NCBI GenBank assembly: GCA_035996105.1
Contig: DASYJV010000064.1
Coordinates: 1 to 24,512, forward strand
Source of the DNA: Candidatus Limnocylindrales bacterium
Lineage (GTDB): Bacteria > Chloroflexota > Limnocylindria > Limnocylindrales > CSP1-4
DNA: 24,512 nt
Reading direction: 5' to 3'
This document shows positions 10,784 to 19,773 of the stretch, one piece after another; position 1 is the stretch's first letter; every line of letters starts with the position of its first letter. The translations under genes and the position numbers were made by a program. Under the pieces are notes generated by a model. That model had not been told where the DNA came from, made no database searches, and saw nothing but the letters and a program-made list of their open reading frames with translations.

Positions 10784-11803
10784 ATGAACCTTCGGAAGAC
10801 CGCTGCCCTGATCCTGGGCGCGATGCTGATGCTGGCCGCATGTAACAACGCGGCGGTCCCATCCGGGAGCGGCGCCACTGCGGGCGGCGCCAAGGGGCCG
10901 GATGGCGCGCTGGTCGCGCGCAGCTCGATCAAGATCGAAGTCGTCACCCACGGTCAGGCCATCGACGGCTTCTGGGGCGTCGTCCGAAACGGCGTCAAGG
11001 CCGGCGCCGCCGACATGGGCGTCACCGTCAACTACAACGCCCCAGCCCAGGAAAGCGATATGCCGGGCATGTCCGCCCTGATCGATGCGGCCGTCGCGAA
11101 GAAGCCGAGCGGGCTCGTCGTCTCGATCCCGAACCCCGACGCGCTCAGCCCGTCGATCAAGAAGGCGATCGAGGCCGGGATCCCCGTTGTCTCGATGAAC
11201 TCGGGCTCTGACGTGTTCAAGGCCCTCGGTATCCTCGCCCACGTCGGACAGACCGAGCTGCAGGCCGGCATCGGTGCCGGTGAGCGGTTCAAGGCTGCCG
11301 GCGTGAAGAACCCCCGCTGCTTCAACCAGGAAGTCGGCAACCAGGCGCTCACGCTGCGCTGCAACGGCTTCTTCCAGGGTCTCGGCATCGACGGCAAGGA
11401 CAAGGTGCTCACCGGCAAGATCTCCGATCCGGCCGGCATGCAGGCCACCATCGCGGCGGCCATCCAGACCGATCCGACGATCGACGGCATCCTGACGCTC
11501 GGCCCGTCCGTGGCCGGCCCGGCGCTGGCCGCGGTCACCGCCTCGGGCAAGCCGATCAAGCTCGCCACGTTCGACCTCAGCGCGGACGTGCTGACGGCGA
11601 TCAAGGACGGGAAGATGGAGTTCGCCATCGACCAGCAGCAGTTCCTGCAGGGCTATCTGCCGATCGTGATCCTCACGAACTACGCGGAGACCCGCAACCT
11701 CCCGACGGGCGACGGCACCGGCCTGATCATGACCGGCCCGGGATTCGTCACCAAGACCAACGCGGCCGATGTCATCGCGCTCGCGGCGAAGGGTCTCCGC
11801 TGA
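10784..11803 (+). CDS. Sugar/polyol ABC substrate-binding lipoprotein (periplasmic binding protein type I), inositol-like substrate possible
   Basis: SD GAGGAG, Sec signal with LAAC lipobox, THG...[38 protein letters not shown] and [12 protein letters not shown]. The substrate is inferred only. Confidence 0.85.
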   Translation: MNLRKTAALILGAMLMLAACNNAAVPSGSGATAGGAKGPDGALVARSSIKIEVVTHGQAIDGFWGVVRNGVKAGAADMGVTVNYNAPAQESDMPGMSALIDAAVAKKPSGLVVSIPNPDALSPSIKKAIEAGIPVVSMNSGSDVFKALGILAHVGQTELQAGIGAGERFKAAGVKNPRCFNQEVGNQALTLRCNGFFQGLGIDGKDKVLTGKISDPAGMQATIAAAIQTDPTIDGILTLGPSVAGPALAAVTASGKPIKLATFDLSADVLTAIKDGKMEFAIDQQQFLQGYLPIVILTNYAETRNLPTGDGTGLIMTGPGFVTKTNAADVIALAAKGLR

Positions 11804-11810
11804 CCTGAGC

Positions 11811-11872
11811 TTCGTGCGTCGGCTTGCCGACGCGACCGAAGAGGCCGGGCTTCCGCCCGGCCTCTTCACGAA
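11811..11872 (+). other. Intercistronic double hairpin after the binding-protein gene
   Basis: GCGTCGG-CTTG-CCGACGC (11816-11833) and GAAGAGGCCGGGC-TTCC-GCCCGGCCTCTTC (11838-11867), enclosed by TTCGT/ACGAA. Confidence 0.6.
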
Positions 11873-11886
11873 CACCGGAGGGTTCG

Positions 11887-12972
11887 ATGGCGGCGACGAC
11901 ACCATCCGCCGGGCCACCGCCCGCGGCGGCCGCAGAGCGACTGCGTCAGACCACGCTCGCCCAGCGTCTGCTGGCACGGCCGGCGGCGGGTGCACTGGTC
12001 ATCGTGGTCTTCGTCTTCATCGTTTTCGCCGCGCTGTCGCTGCTGCGCGGCAGCACCGCCTTCGTCTCGATCCCGGGCATCCTCAACTACGTCGGGGTCG
12101 CTTCCCAGGTCGGGATCATCGCCACGGCGGTCGCGCTGTTGATGATCGCCGGGGAGTTCGACCTCTCGGTCGGCTCGCTGGTGGGCTTCGCGGGGATCGT
12201 CATCGGCATCGCCTCCTCGGTCTGGGGACTGCCGATCTGGTTCGCCATCCTGCTCTCGATGGCGCTGACCACCGGTCTCGGGATCCTCAACGGCCTGATC
12301 GTCGTGCGGACCGGGCTGCCGTCCTTCATCGTCACGCTGGCGACGATGTTCATCATCGCCGGGATGTCGTCGGTGCTCGTCCTGACCGTCACCAACATCA
12401 CCTTCGTCTCGATCGACAAGGTCAAGATCGCGGCCGACCCGCTGGCACAGTTCTTCAACTGGAAGCTCTCGCTCCGGTTCGACCAGGCGACCTCGGATCT
12501 GTACGTCTCCGTGGTCTGGTGGATCGGGATCGCGCTGGTCGGTGCCTACGTCCTCGGGCGGCGCAAGTTCGGCAACTGGATCGCCGGTGTCGGCGGTTCA
12601 CCGGTCGCGGCTCGCAATCTCGGCGTCCCGGTCGCCCGGGTCAAGGTCACGCTGTTCGCGTCGACGGCGTTCACGGCCTCGATCCTCGCCGCGTGCCAGA
12701 GCATGCAGTTCGCCTCGGCGGACATCCAGCGCGGCGGCGGCTACGAGCTGACCGCGATCACCATGGCAGTCATCGGCGGCTGTCTGCTGACTGGCGGCTA
12801 CGGTTCGGTGGCCGGGACCGCTCTCGGGGCGCTGGCCCTAGGGATGGCCAACATCGGCATCGTCTACGCCTCGATCAATGCCGACTGGTACAAGATCGCG
12901 ATCGGCTTCCTGCTGCTGTCGGCCGTCGTCCTCAACAACTGGATCCGGCGCCGCTTCGCCGGCCTGCGCTGA
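11887..12972 (+). CDS. Sugar ABC permease (CUT2/RbsC-like)
   Basis: SD GGAGGG then ATG 11887. [30 protein letters not shown]...AAR.LGVPV and [16 protein letters not shown]. Confidence 0.9.
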   Translation: MAATTPSAGPPPAAAAERLRQTTLAQRLLARPAAGALVIVVFVFIVFAALSLLRGSTAFVSIPGILNYVGVASQVGIIATAVALLMIAGEFDLSVGSLVGFAGIVIGIASSVWGLPIWFAILLSMALTTGLGILNGLIVVRTGLPSFIVTLATMFIIAGMSSVLVLTVTNITFVSIDKVKIAADPLAQFFNWKLSLRFDQATSDLYVSVVWWIGIALVGAYVLGRRKFGNWIAGVGGSPVAARNLGVPVARVKVTLFASTAFTASILAACQSMQFASADIQRGGGYELTAITMAVIGGCLLTGGYGSVAGTALGALALGMANIGIVYASINADWYKIAIGFLLLSAVVLNNWIRRRFAGLR

Positions 12973-12988
12973 GCGAGAGGAGACCCCG

Positions 12989-13900
12989 ATGACGATGTCC
13001 GCCTCCGCTCCAGCAACGCCCGGGCCGGCCGCCGGCGCCCCATTGCTCGAAGCGAGGAACATCTCGAAATTCTTCGGCGCCGTGGTGGCGCTCGAGGGCG
13101 TCTCGCTGGAGGTCCGGGCCGGCGAGATCAACTGCCTCCTCGGCGACAACGGGGCGGGCAAGTCCACGCTCATCAAGACGCTCTCCGGCGTCCACCCGCC
13201 GGACGTGGGCACGCTCGCGATCGACGGCCAGCCGGTCACCTTCACGTCGCCCCGCGACGCCCTCAACGCGGGCATCGCGACGGTCTACCAGGACCTGTCG
13301 GTCATGCCCCTGATGAGCATCAGCCGCAACTTCTTCCTCGGCAACGAGCCCACCATCGGGGTCGGTCCGTTCCGCCGCTTTGACAGCGCCAAGGCGGCCA
13401 CCGTCGCGCGCGAGGAGATGCACAACATCGGGATCGACGTGCGGGACACGGAACAGCTCGTTGGCACGCTGTCCGGCGGCGAGCGTCAGACCCTGGCCAT
13501 CGCGCGCGCCGAGTACTTCGGTGCCAAGGTCCTGATCCTGGATGAACCGACCTCCGCGCTCGGCGTCAAGGAGTCGGCGATCGTCCTGCGCCACGCGATC
13601 TCGGCTCGAAACAAGGGGCTCGGCGTGATCTTCATCACCCACAACGTCCAGCACGCCCTGCCGATCGGCGACTCGTTCACCATCCTCACCCGCGGTCGCT
13701 CGGGCGGCACGTTCCGTCGAGGCGAGCTCAATGCCGAACAGCTCCACGCGCTGATGGGCGGCGGCGCGGAGCTCGAGGAGCTGCAGGCCGACCTGGAGAT
13801 GCTGGCCCGCCGGGAAGCGCGTGGCGAGGACGTGCCGGCCGTCCCGCTCGGGACCGATCCGGACTCGGTCCCGCTGTACGGCGAGAACAAGCACTTCTGA
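12989..13900 (+). CDS. Single-domain sugar ABC ATPase (CUT2-associated)
   Basis: SD GAGAGGAG then ATG 12989. [32 protein letters not shown] and ITHN. Confidence 0.92.
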   Translation: MTMSASAPATPGPAAGAPLLEARNISKFFGAVVALEGVSLEVRAGEINCLLGDNGAGKSTLIKTLSGVHPPDVGTLAIDGQPVTFTSPRDALNAGIATVYQDLSVMPLMSISRNFFLGNEPTIGVGPFRRFDSAKAATVAREEMHNIGIDVRDTEQLVGTLSGGERQTLAIARAEYFGAKVLILDEPTSALGVKESAIVLRHAISARNKGLGVIFITHNVQHALPIGDSFTILTRGRSGGTFRRGELNAEQLHALMGGGAELEELQADLEMLARREARGEDVPAVPLGTDPDSVPLYGENKHF

Positions 13901-13907
13901 GGCACCG

Positions 13908-14945
13908 ATGGCGACGACGATCGCCGATGTCGCGCGTCGAGCGCAGGTCTCGACGGCCACGGTCAGCCGGGTGCTGGGCGGGCTCGGCCGCGCAAGCCCG
14001 GCGACGCGCGACCGTGTCCTCGCGGCCGCCAGCGATCTCGACTACCGGCCGTCCGCCGTCGCCCGCTCGCTCAAGCGCCAGTCGACGGAGACGCTCGGGC
14101 TGATCGTCACCGACATCGAGAACCCGTACTTCCCGGAGCTCGTGCGGGCGGTCGAGGATGCCGCCCGGGCGGAGGGCTACACGATCCTCCTGTGCAACGC
14201 CTCGGACGATCCGGAACGCGAGGCCGGCTACCTCGACCTCCTGGTCGAGCGGCGTGTCGACGGCCTGATCGTCGCGGCCGGCAGCCTGGGCGTCCGCCAT
14301 CGCGATTGGCTGCGCGCTGCGCCCCTCCCGGTCGTCCTCGTCAACACCTCGACCCATGACGTCGATCTGCCATCGATCCGATCGGACGATCGCGGCGGGA
14401 GTCGCCTGGCCGCCCGTCATCTCCTTGACCTTGGCCACCGACGCTTCGGCTATCTCCTGCCACCACCACGCAACGTCGATGGCCCGGTGCGGATGGCCGG
14501 CGTCCGCGATGCCCTGGCCGAGGCCGGGCTGGACCCGGACGGCCTGGTCGTGGTCCACGGATCGGCGTTGGTCGGCGGCGGCGAGACGGCGATGCTCGAG
14601 CTCCTCGACCGGGCGCCCGGGACGACGGCGGTCCTGGCCTACAACGACCTGATGGCGATCGGCGCCATGCGAGCGATCCGCGGCCGGGGTCTGGCGGTGC
14701 CGCGCGACATGAGCCTCATCGGCTTCGACGACGTGTCCTTCGCCGCCTACGTCGACCCGCCGTTGACCACGCTGAGCCAGAGCACGACCGAGATGGGCCA
14801 CTGGGCGGTCGATCAGCTTGCGACGCGGCTGCGTGGCGGGGCGGACGGAGCGGACCTCGACGCGACGCCGATCCGCGCGCCGGTGGTGACGCTCCCGGTC
14901 CAGCTCCAGGTCCGCGGCACGACCGGACCGGTAAGGAGGACCTGA
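13908..14945 (+). CDS. LacI-family transcriptional regulator
   Basis: TIADVARRAQVSTATVSRVL helix-turn-helix, YRPSAVARSL hinge, NPYF, NDLMAIGA, PRDMSLIGFDD and PPLTT. Confidence 0.95.
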   Translation: MATTIADVARRAQVSTATVSRVLGGLGRASPATRDRVLAAASDLDYRPSAVARSLKRQSTETLGLIVTDIENPYFPELVRAVEDAARAEGYTILLCNASDDPEREAGYLDLLVERRVDGLIVAAGSLGVRHRDWLRAAPLPVVLVNTSTHDVDLPSIRSDDRGGSRLAARHLLDLGHRRFGYLLPPPRNVDGPVRMAGVRDALAEAGLDPDGLVVVHGSALVGGGETAMLELLDRAPGTTAVLAYNDLMAIGAMRAIRGRGLAVPRDMSLIGFDDVSFAAYVDPPLTTLSQSTTEMGHWAVDQLATRLRGGADGADLDATPIRAPVVTLPVQLQVRGTTGPVRRT

Positions 14946-14959
14946 CTCCCGCCGTGCGC

Positions 14960-15925
14960 TCAGGCCTCGTCGAGCGCGCCCACCCTGGTCGTGCCGCTGG
15001 GCAGCACCGCCCGGCGGACGTGTGCAGCGGCGCGCCGAGCCAGGACGGCCTCGCGACCCGGAACGCCGTCGAGCCCCGGCCCTTCGACGACGAGCGAGCC
15101 GGCCGCCGCCGCAAACCGGAGATCGAGCCCTAGGCGAAGACGCCGCCCTCCGGCGATGGCCGGCCGCAGGACCGAGGCCTGGAGCGCAGCCAGGAACGTG
15201 TCGCCGGCGCCGGTCGAGTCGGTCTCCTGCGTCGTCGCGGTCGGCAGGTAGCGCAGGACCAGCGTCGGCGCCTCCGTTCCGAGTCGGACGAGCAGGCCGC
15301 CCTCGGCCCCACGGGTCACCACCAGGTCTGCGCCCGGATGCAGAAGGGCGTAGAGGTCCTCGAGCCGAGTCTCGGGCGGGACATCGTGGTGGCTGACGCC
15401 GACCAGGCTGGCACGTCGCAGGAGGGCCGACGGACGGGGTGGCCGTCGCGTCACCCGCTTCCCCGGGGCGAGCTCGCGCAGGAAGCCCTGCCAGGCGATC
15501 GCCAGGTGGGCAGCGGGCGGGATGACCCTGGCCCACTCGTCGGTGACCTCCCCGGCGACGGGCACGACCGACCAGCCGGGCGCGTCCCGCCATCCTCCCG
15601 GGATATCCGTCAGCGGCAGCGGGACGCCCGTCTGAACGCAGGTCTGGACGCGACCGGCGGACGAATCGACGTTGTGGAAGATCGGCCCTTCCGGAAGCGG
15701 CACGAGGTGGAGATCCACCCCGGCGTCGCGCAGCATCGCGAGCTCCCGGGCGCCCGCGGCCGTCGCGTCGACGCCGACGATGGCCGCCGTGCGGAGCCCG
15801 AGGCGAGCCGTCGTCAACGAGGCATAGGTCACCCCACCGCCGAGCCGCCAGCCACGCGGATCGTCGGCGGCGACGTCGCGACAGGCGGATCCGACGTGGA
15901 CCACTTCGACGGGCGACGGGGCCAT
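14960..15925 (-). CDS. PfkB/ribokinase-family carbohydrate kinase
   Basis: N-terminal G...D and GGGVTY, VTRGAEG, and DSTGAGDTF anion-hole signature. SD GGAGGG. Confidence 0.85.
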   Translation of the reverse strand: MAPSPVEVVHVGSACRDVAADDPRGWRLGGGVTYASLTTARLGLRTAAIVGVDATAAGARELAMLRDAGVDLHLVPLPEGPIFHNVDSSAGRVQTCVQTGVPLPLTDIPGGWRDAPGWSVVPVAGEVTDEWARVIPPAAHLAIAWQGFLRELAPGKRVTRRPPRPSALLRRASLVGVSHHDVPPETRLEDLYALLHPGADLVVTRGAEGGLLVRLGTEAPTLVLRYLPTATTQETDSTGAGDTFLAALQASVLRPAIAGGRRLRLGLDLRFAAAAGSLVVEGPGLDGVPGREAVLARRAAAHVRRAVLPSGTTRVGALDEA

Positions 15926-15940
15926 GGACCCTCCAGGCGA

Positions 15941-15946
15941 TATACT
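15941..15946 (+). promoter_or_regulatory. -10 element for the acidic-protein gene
   Basis: TATACT in a 56-bp divergent intergenic region. Confidence 0.45.
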
Positions 15947-15981
15947 GCCGCCCCGCTTCCGACCATCACCGCGAGGGCGCC

Positions 15982-16380
15982 GTGTTCTTCTACGAGCTGC
16001 ATGAGGGCGACAACGAGGTCTACTCGGACGTCCTCGTCGTCAGCGAATCCGAGTGGGAGCCGGAGGAGTTCTTCGAGCTCGTCCAGACCATCCGGCGCCG
16101 CATCCAGGACGGCTACATCCACGATACCCTCAGCGAGGCGATCGCCGTCGAGCTCGAGCGCGATCACGGCTTCGTCCACATCAGCGACGACCGGCTCGTC
16201 GCCTCGATCAACATCTCGACCGATGACGCCGAGAACTACCTGGCGGAGCTCGAGGTCGACCTCGCGGACGCGGCCGAGGACGAGGACGACGACGACATCG
16301 ATCCGGAACAGGACCTCGACGACGGCACGGCCTACAGCACGATCGTCGCGGAATTCGACCCCGGCAGCCGCCTCAACTGA
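15982..16380 (+). CDS. Hypothetical highly acidic protein, 132 aa
   Basis: GC3-biased codons and GAGGG SD before GTG. It fills the gap between pfkB and ychF exactly. I count 40 D/E, 6 R and 0 K. Confidence 0.8.
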   Translation: MFFYELHEGDNEVYSDVLVVSESEWEPEEFFELVQTIRRRIQDGYIHDTLSEAIAVELERDHGFVHISDDRLVASINISTDDAENYLAELEVDLADAAEDEDDDDIDPEQDLDDGTAYSTIVAEFDPGSRLN

Positions 16381-17484
16381 TCAGCGGCTGAACAGGATCT
16401 CCAGCACGTCGCCGTCGCGCACCCGGTAGGTCTTGCCCTCGGAGCGCAGCCGCCCGGCCTTGCGCGCCTCGGCCATGGAGCCGAGCTTGAGCAGGTCTTC
16501 GTAGCCGACCGTCTCGGCGCGGATGAAGCCCCTGGCGAGATCGGTGTGGATCGCGCCCGCCGCATCGACCGCGGTCGAGCCATCCGGGATCGGCCAGGCG
16601 CGAACCTCGTCGGGACCGGCGGTCAGGAACGAGATCAGCCCGAGGAGCCGGTAGGACAGGTCGATGACCCGGCCGAGCCCCGACTCGGCGATGCCCAGCT
16701 CGTCCATGAAGACCGCGGCCTCGTCCGGCTCGAGCTCGCCGAGCTCCATCTCGATCTTGGCCGAGAGCGCCTCGACCAGCGCGTGACGGTGGTCGTACCC
16801 GTCCCCGACCGCGGCCACCAGCGATGGCGCCGAGGCGAGGTCGTTCTCCCCGACGTTGAGCAGGATCAGGACCGGTTTCTGGGTCAGGAACCGGAAGCCG
16901 CGGATCGCCTTCTCCTCGTCGGGATCGAGCTCGAGATCGCGGATCGGCACGCCCTTCTCGAGCCCGGCGTGGATCCTGCGCAGCACGACGTCCTCACGCT
17001 CGGCGGCCTCGCGTTCGGCCGGGTTGCCGTGCCGGGCGCTCGTCTTGAGCCGCTCGATCCGGCGCTCGGTCATGGTCAGGTCGGCCAGGAGGAACTCGAG
17101 ATCGAGCCGCTCGAGGTCGCGCGCCGGGTCGACGGTGCCGTCGGCGTGCGGATTGGCGGGATCTTCGAACGCCCGGACGACGTGGAGGAGCGCGTCCGAA
17201 TCGCGCAGCCGGGCGAGATGATCGGCCGGCAGCTCCTCCGTCCCGACGTGGCCCTCGGTAGAGGGCGGCGGGGCCGGCAGGTCCGCGTAGGTCACATCGG
17301 CCTGGACGATCTTCTTCGGCTTGAAGATGGCCGCCAGCGAGTCCAGTCGCCGGTCCGGCACCTTGACGACGCCGACGTTGAGGGTGACGCCGCCGTAGCC
17401 GCCGGTCTCGGCGTGGCCCCCGGTCAGCGTGTTGAAGACGGTGGTCTTGCCCGATCCGGCAAGCCCGACGATGGCGATCTGCAT
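16381..17484 (-). CDS. ychF: YchF/Ola1-family ATPase, divergent
   Basis: GLAGSGKTTVFN, VKVPDRRL, DALLHVVRAF, LTQKP, NVGE (G4) and the C-terminal FLTAGPDEVRAW...AAG.IHTD..RGFIRAE...EGK.Y.V.DGD. Confidence 0.85.
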   Translation of the reverse strand: MQIAIVGLAGSGKTTVFNTLTGGHAETGGYGGVTLNVGVVKVPDRRLDSLAAIFKPKKIVQADVTYADLPAPPPSTEGHVGTEELPADHLARLRDSDALLHVVRAFEDPANPHADGTVDPARDLERLDLEFLLADLTMTERRIERLKTSARHGNPAEREAAEREDVVLRRIHAGLEKGVPIRDLELDPDEEKAIRGFRFLTQKPVLILLNVGENDLASAPSLVAAVGDGYDHRHALVEALSAKIEMELGELEPDEAAVFMDELGIAESGLGRVIDLSYRLLGLISFLTAGPDEVRAWPIPDGSTAVDAAGAIHTDLARGFIRAETVGYEDLLKLGSMAEARKAGRLRSEGKTYRVRDGDVLEILFSR

Positions 17485-17490
17485 CAGCCG

Positions 17491-17496
17491 ATCGTA
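17491..17496 (-). promoter_or_regulatory. -10 element for ychF, probably leaderless
   Basis: The minus strand reads TACGAT, 6 nt, ATG (17484), with no SD. Confidence 0.55.
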
Positions 17497-17503
17497 CCGG
17501 CGG

Positions 17504-18562
17504 TCAGTAGCCGGCGCTCGGGTCGACCACGTTGAGCAGCGGTTCGCCGGCCGCGAACCGGCGGAGGTTGTCGCAGAAGAGCTCGACGCTGCGGTCGAGG
17601 ACCCGCCCGCTGGACCACGCCGTGTGGGGCGTGACGATGACGTTCGGCAGGTCGTAGAACGTCGACATCGGGGGGAGGGGCTCGTCGCGGAAGGTGTCGA
17701 GGACGGCGCCCCCGAGCTCGCCGTCGCGCAGCGCCCGGAGCAGCGCCCGCTCGTCGATCAGCCGGCCGCGGGCGACGTTGATGAGCCACGCTCCGGGCTT
17801 GACCAGCGCCAGCGTCTCGGCGTTGATCATCTCCTCGGTCTGGGGGGTGAGCGGCGCGGCGAGGACGATGAAGTCGGATTCACCGAGCAGCTCGGGAAGC
17901 GTCTCCGGCCCACCGACGCGATCGAAGTCCGCGTCGAGCGCGGTCCCGGCATCGCCCGCCCCACCGACGGGCTCCGACCCGGCATTTCGCCGGATCGCGA
18001 CGACGCGGCAGCCGAACGACTTGGCCAGCGAGCCGACGGCCCGGCCGATCGAACCAAGCCCGACGATCCCGACCGTCACATCCCGCAGCTCGGCGCCCTC
18101 GAGCGGCTGCCAGGTCCGCTCGCGCTGGAGCTCGAGGAGCTGTGGCAGCCGACGGCTCACCGCGAGGATCATCATCAGCACGTACTCGGCGATCGGCCGG
18201 CTGAAGACGCCCCGGGCGTTCGTCACGACGAGGCCGCGCTCGAGGGCCGCGGGGGTGAGCGCCCGTTCCACCCCCGACGTCGCCGAATGGACCCACGACA
18301 GGCGCGGAGCCCGAGCGAGGATCCGGTCGAAGGCGTCCGAGCTGAGCCAGCCGCGCAGCATGACCTCGACGTCGTCGAGCGGCCCATCAGCCAGGCCCTC
18401 GACGGAGACCATCACCAGCCGAGCGTCCGGCGCCGCCGCGCGGATCCGCTCGAGGTCGCGCGATCGATAGCGGGCCGACAGGATCGGACTGAGCGCGATG
18501 GCGGTCGGCGTCCCGCCACGCCCGGAGCCCGGGCCGGGCCGCCGCACGAGGGCGTCGGTCAC
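17504..18562 (-). CDS. D-isomer-specific 2-hydroxyacid dehydrogenase
   Basis: GTG 18562 overlaps the upstream stop (GTGA) and follows SD AGGAG. WVHSATSGVE, TNARG, GIVGLGSIG and catalytic INVARG / DEPLP / TPH. RR rather than Asp after the second Rossmann strand suggests NADP(H) preference. Confidence 0.88.
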   Translation of the reverse strand: MTDALVRRPGPGSGRGGTPTAIALSPILSARYRSRDLERIRAAAPDARLVMVSVEGLADGPLDDVEVMLRGWLSSDAFDRILARAPRLSWVHSATSGVERALTPAALERGLVVTNARGVFSRPIAEYVLMMILAVSRRLPQLLELQRERTWQPLEGAELRDVTVGIVGLGSIGRAVGSLAKSFGCRVVAIRRNAGSEPVGGAGDAGTALDADFDRVGGPETLPELLGESDFIVLAAPLTPQTEEMINAETLALVKPGAWLINVARGRLIDERALLRALRDGELGGAVLDTFRDEPLPPMSTFYDLPNVIVTPHTAWSSGRVLDRSVELFCDNLRRFAAGEPLLNVVDPSAGY

Positions 18563-19773
18563 GCGGGCGCTCCTGCGAGGACGCGGGCGATCCATCGTTC
18601 GGGGAACTCGATCTCGCCGTCGCGCGGCATCGTCTCGGGCCCCGTCCACAGCCGTGCCAGGGCGGTCGGTCCGCCCTGTTCGGCGATCGCCCGCACGAAT
18701 CGCTCGCCCTTCTTGTACTGCTCGAGCTTCAGGTCCATCCCGGTGATGCGGAGCATCGCCCGTTCGAATGGGGTCCGCTTCGAGCGGCGCTCGTGGAATC
18801 GCTCGCTGATCCGGGCGACGCCTGGCACGAGATCGCGCCCGACCTCGTCCATCACATAGTCGCTGAACCCCTCGAGGAGGCTCATCACCGCCTGCGTCTC
18901 CTTGAACAGCGCCTTCTGTTCCGGCCCCATCATCCGCTCGATCCAGTGCTCGCCGCCGCCTTCCCCCCGGAGCGACCGCCCGAGTCCCCGCATCGCCTCG
19001 CGACCCAGACCGCGGGCATCCTTGCCGAACAGGGTGAGCTGGCGCTCGAGCCGGTCGGCGAGATAGGGCCGGAGCCACGGGTGGGCCTCGAACTCGAAGG
19101 CGTGGGTCGTCTCGTGCAACGCGATCCAGGTCCGGAACGGTCCGAGCGGGACGCCGAGCGACTGGGCGGTCGCACGGATGTTCTCCTCGACGAACAGGAG
19201 CCGCCCGGGCGGGGCCTCGGCGGACAGCAGTGCGAGATCGTACTGGCCGAGCACGCGAGTGCCCATGAACCCGAGCAGGAACCCGAGCTGGCGGGTCGTC
19301 AGCCAACGATTTGCGAGCGCCATCGTCGCCTTGGCCAAGCCGCCGCCCGGCGGGATGACCTGGTCGAGCAGGTCGGTCTCGAGCTTGCTCATCAGTGAGG
19401 CGAAGGAGCCGGTGTTGGCCCGGACCCAGCCTGCCCGGTCGACGACGCCCGAGCGCTCGACGACACCCGGCAGCTGGCTGCCGAGCGCCGCACTCAACGC
19501 GGGCACGATCCGTCCCATCGCCTCGGCGTAGGCGGGCTCGGTGGCTCGAAGCTCGGACGCGTCAAGCGTTCCGGGTGCCGCGCGCAGACGACCGATCGCG
19601 ATCCGCTCGACCTCCGGCCAGTCCACCAGACCGCGACGCGCGGCCTTTTCGGCGTGTCGTCCGGCGACCGTCGCAACCGCCCCGAGGGCCGAGCCGAGGA
19701 GGAAGCCGGCCTGCCAGACCCGGTCGTCGCGCCACGCCGGCCGCCGGCCACGCCGGTCGGTGCGGCCGGTCAT
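18559..19773 (-). CDS. Zinc-dependent metalloprotease-like protein (DUF2342/Zincin_2, Rv3626c-like)
   Basis: ATGA overlap with the murI stop. VDW, DR.GWV.AN, LGF.G.RVLGQYD, WIALHETTH (HExxH), MSLLEG.SDYVMD and K..QY..G.RFV. Confidence 0.8.
   Translation of the reverse strand: MTGRTDRRGRRPAWRDDRVWQAGFLLGSALGAVATVAGRHAEKAARRGLVDWPEVERIAIGRLRAAPGTLDASELRATEPAYAEAMGRIVPALSAALGSQLPGVVERSGVVDRAGWVRANTGSFASLMSKLETDLLDQVIPPGGGLAKATMALANRWLTTRQLGFLLGFMGTRVLGQYDLALLSAEAPPGRLLFVEENIRATAQSLGVPLGPFRTWIALHETTHAFEFEAHPWLRPYLADRLERQLTLFGKDARGLGREAMRGLGRSLRGEGGGEHWIERMMGPEQKALFKETQAVMSLLEGFSDYVMDEVGRDLVPGVARISERFHERRSKRTPFERAMLRITGMDLKLEQYKKGERFVRAIAEQGGPTALARLWTGPETMPRDGEIEFPERWIARVLAGAPA

Noticed and set aside
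14960-15925. pfkB as iolC of an inositol pathway
   Set aside because: I recognise no IolC-specific features, it is convergent to the transporter operon, and there are no other iol genes in the window.
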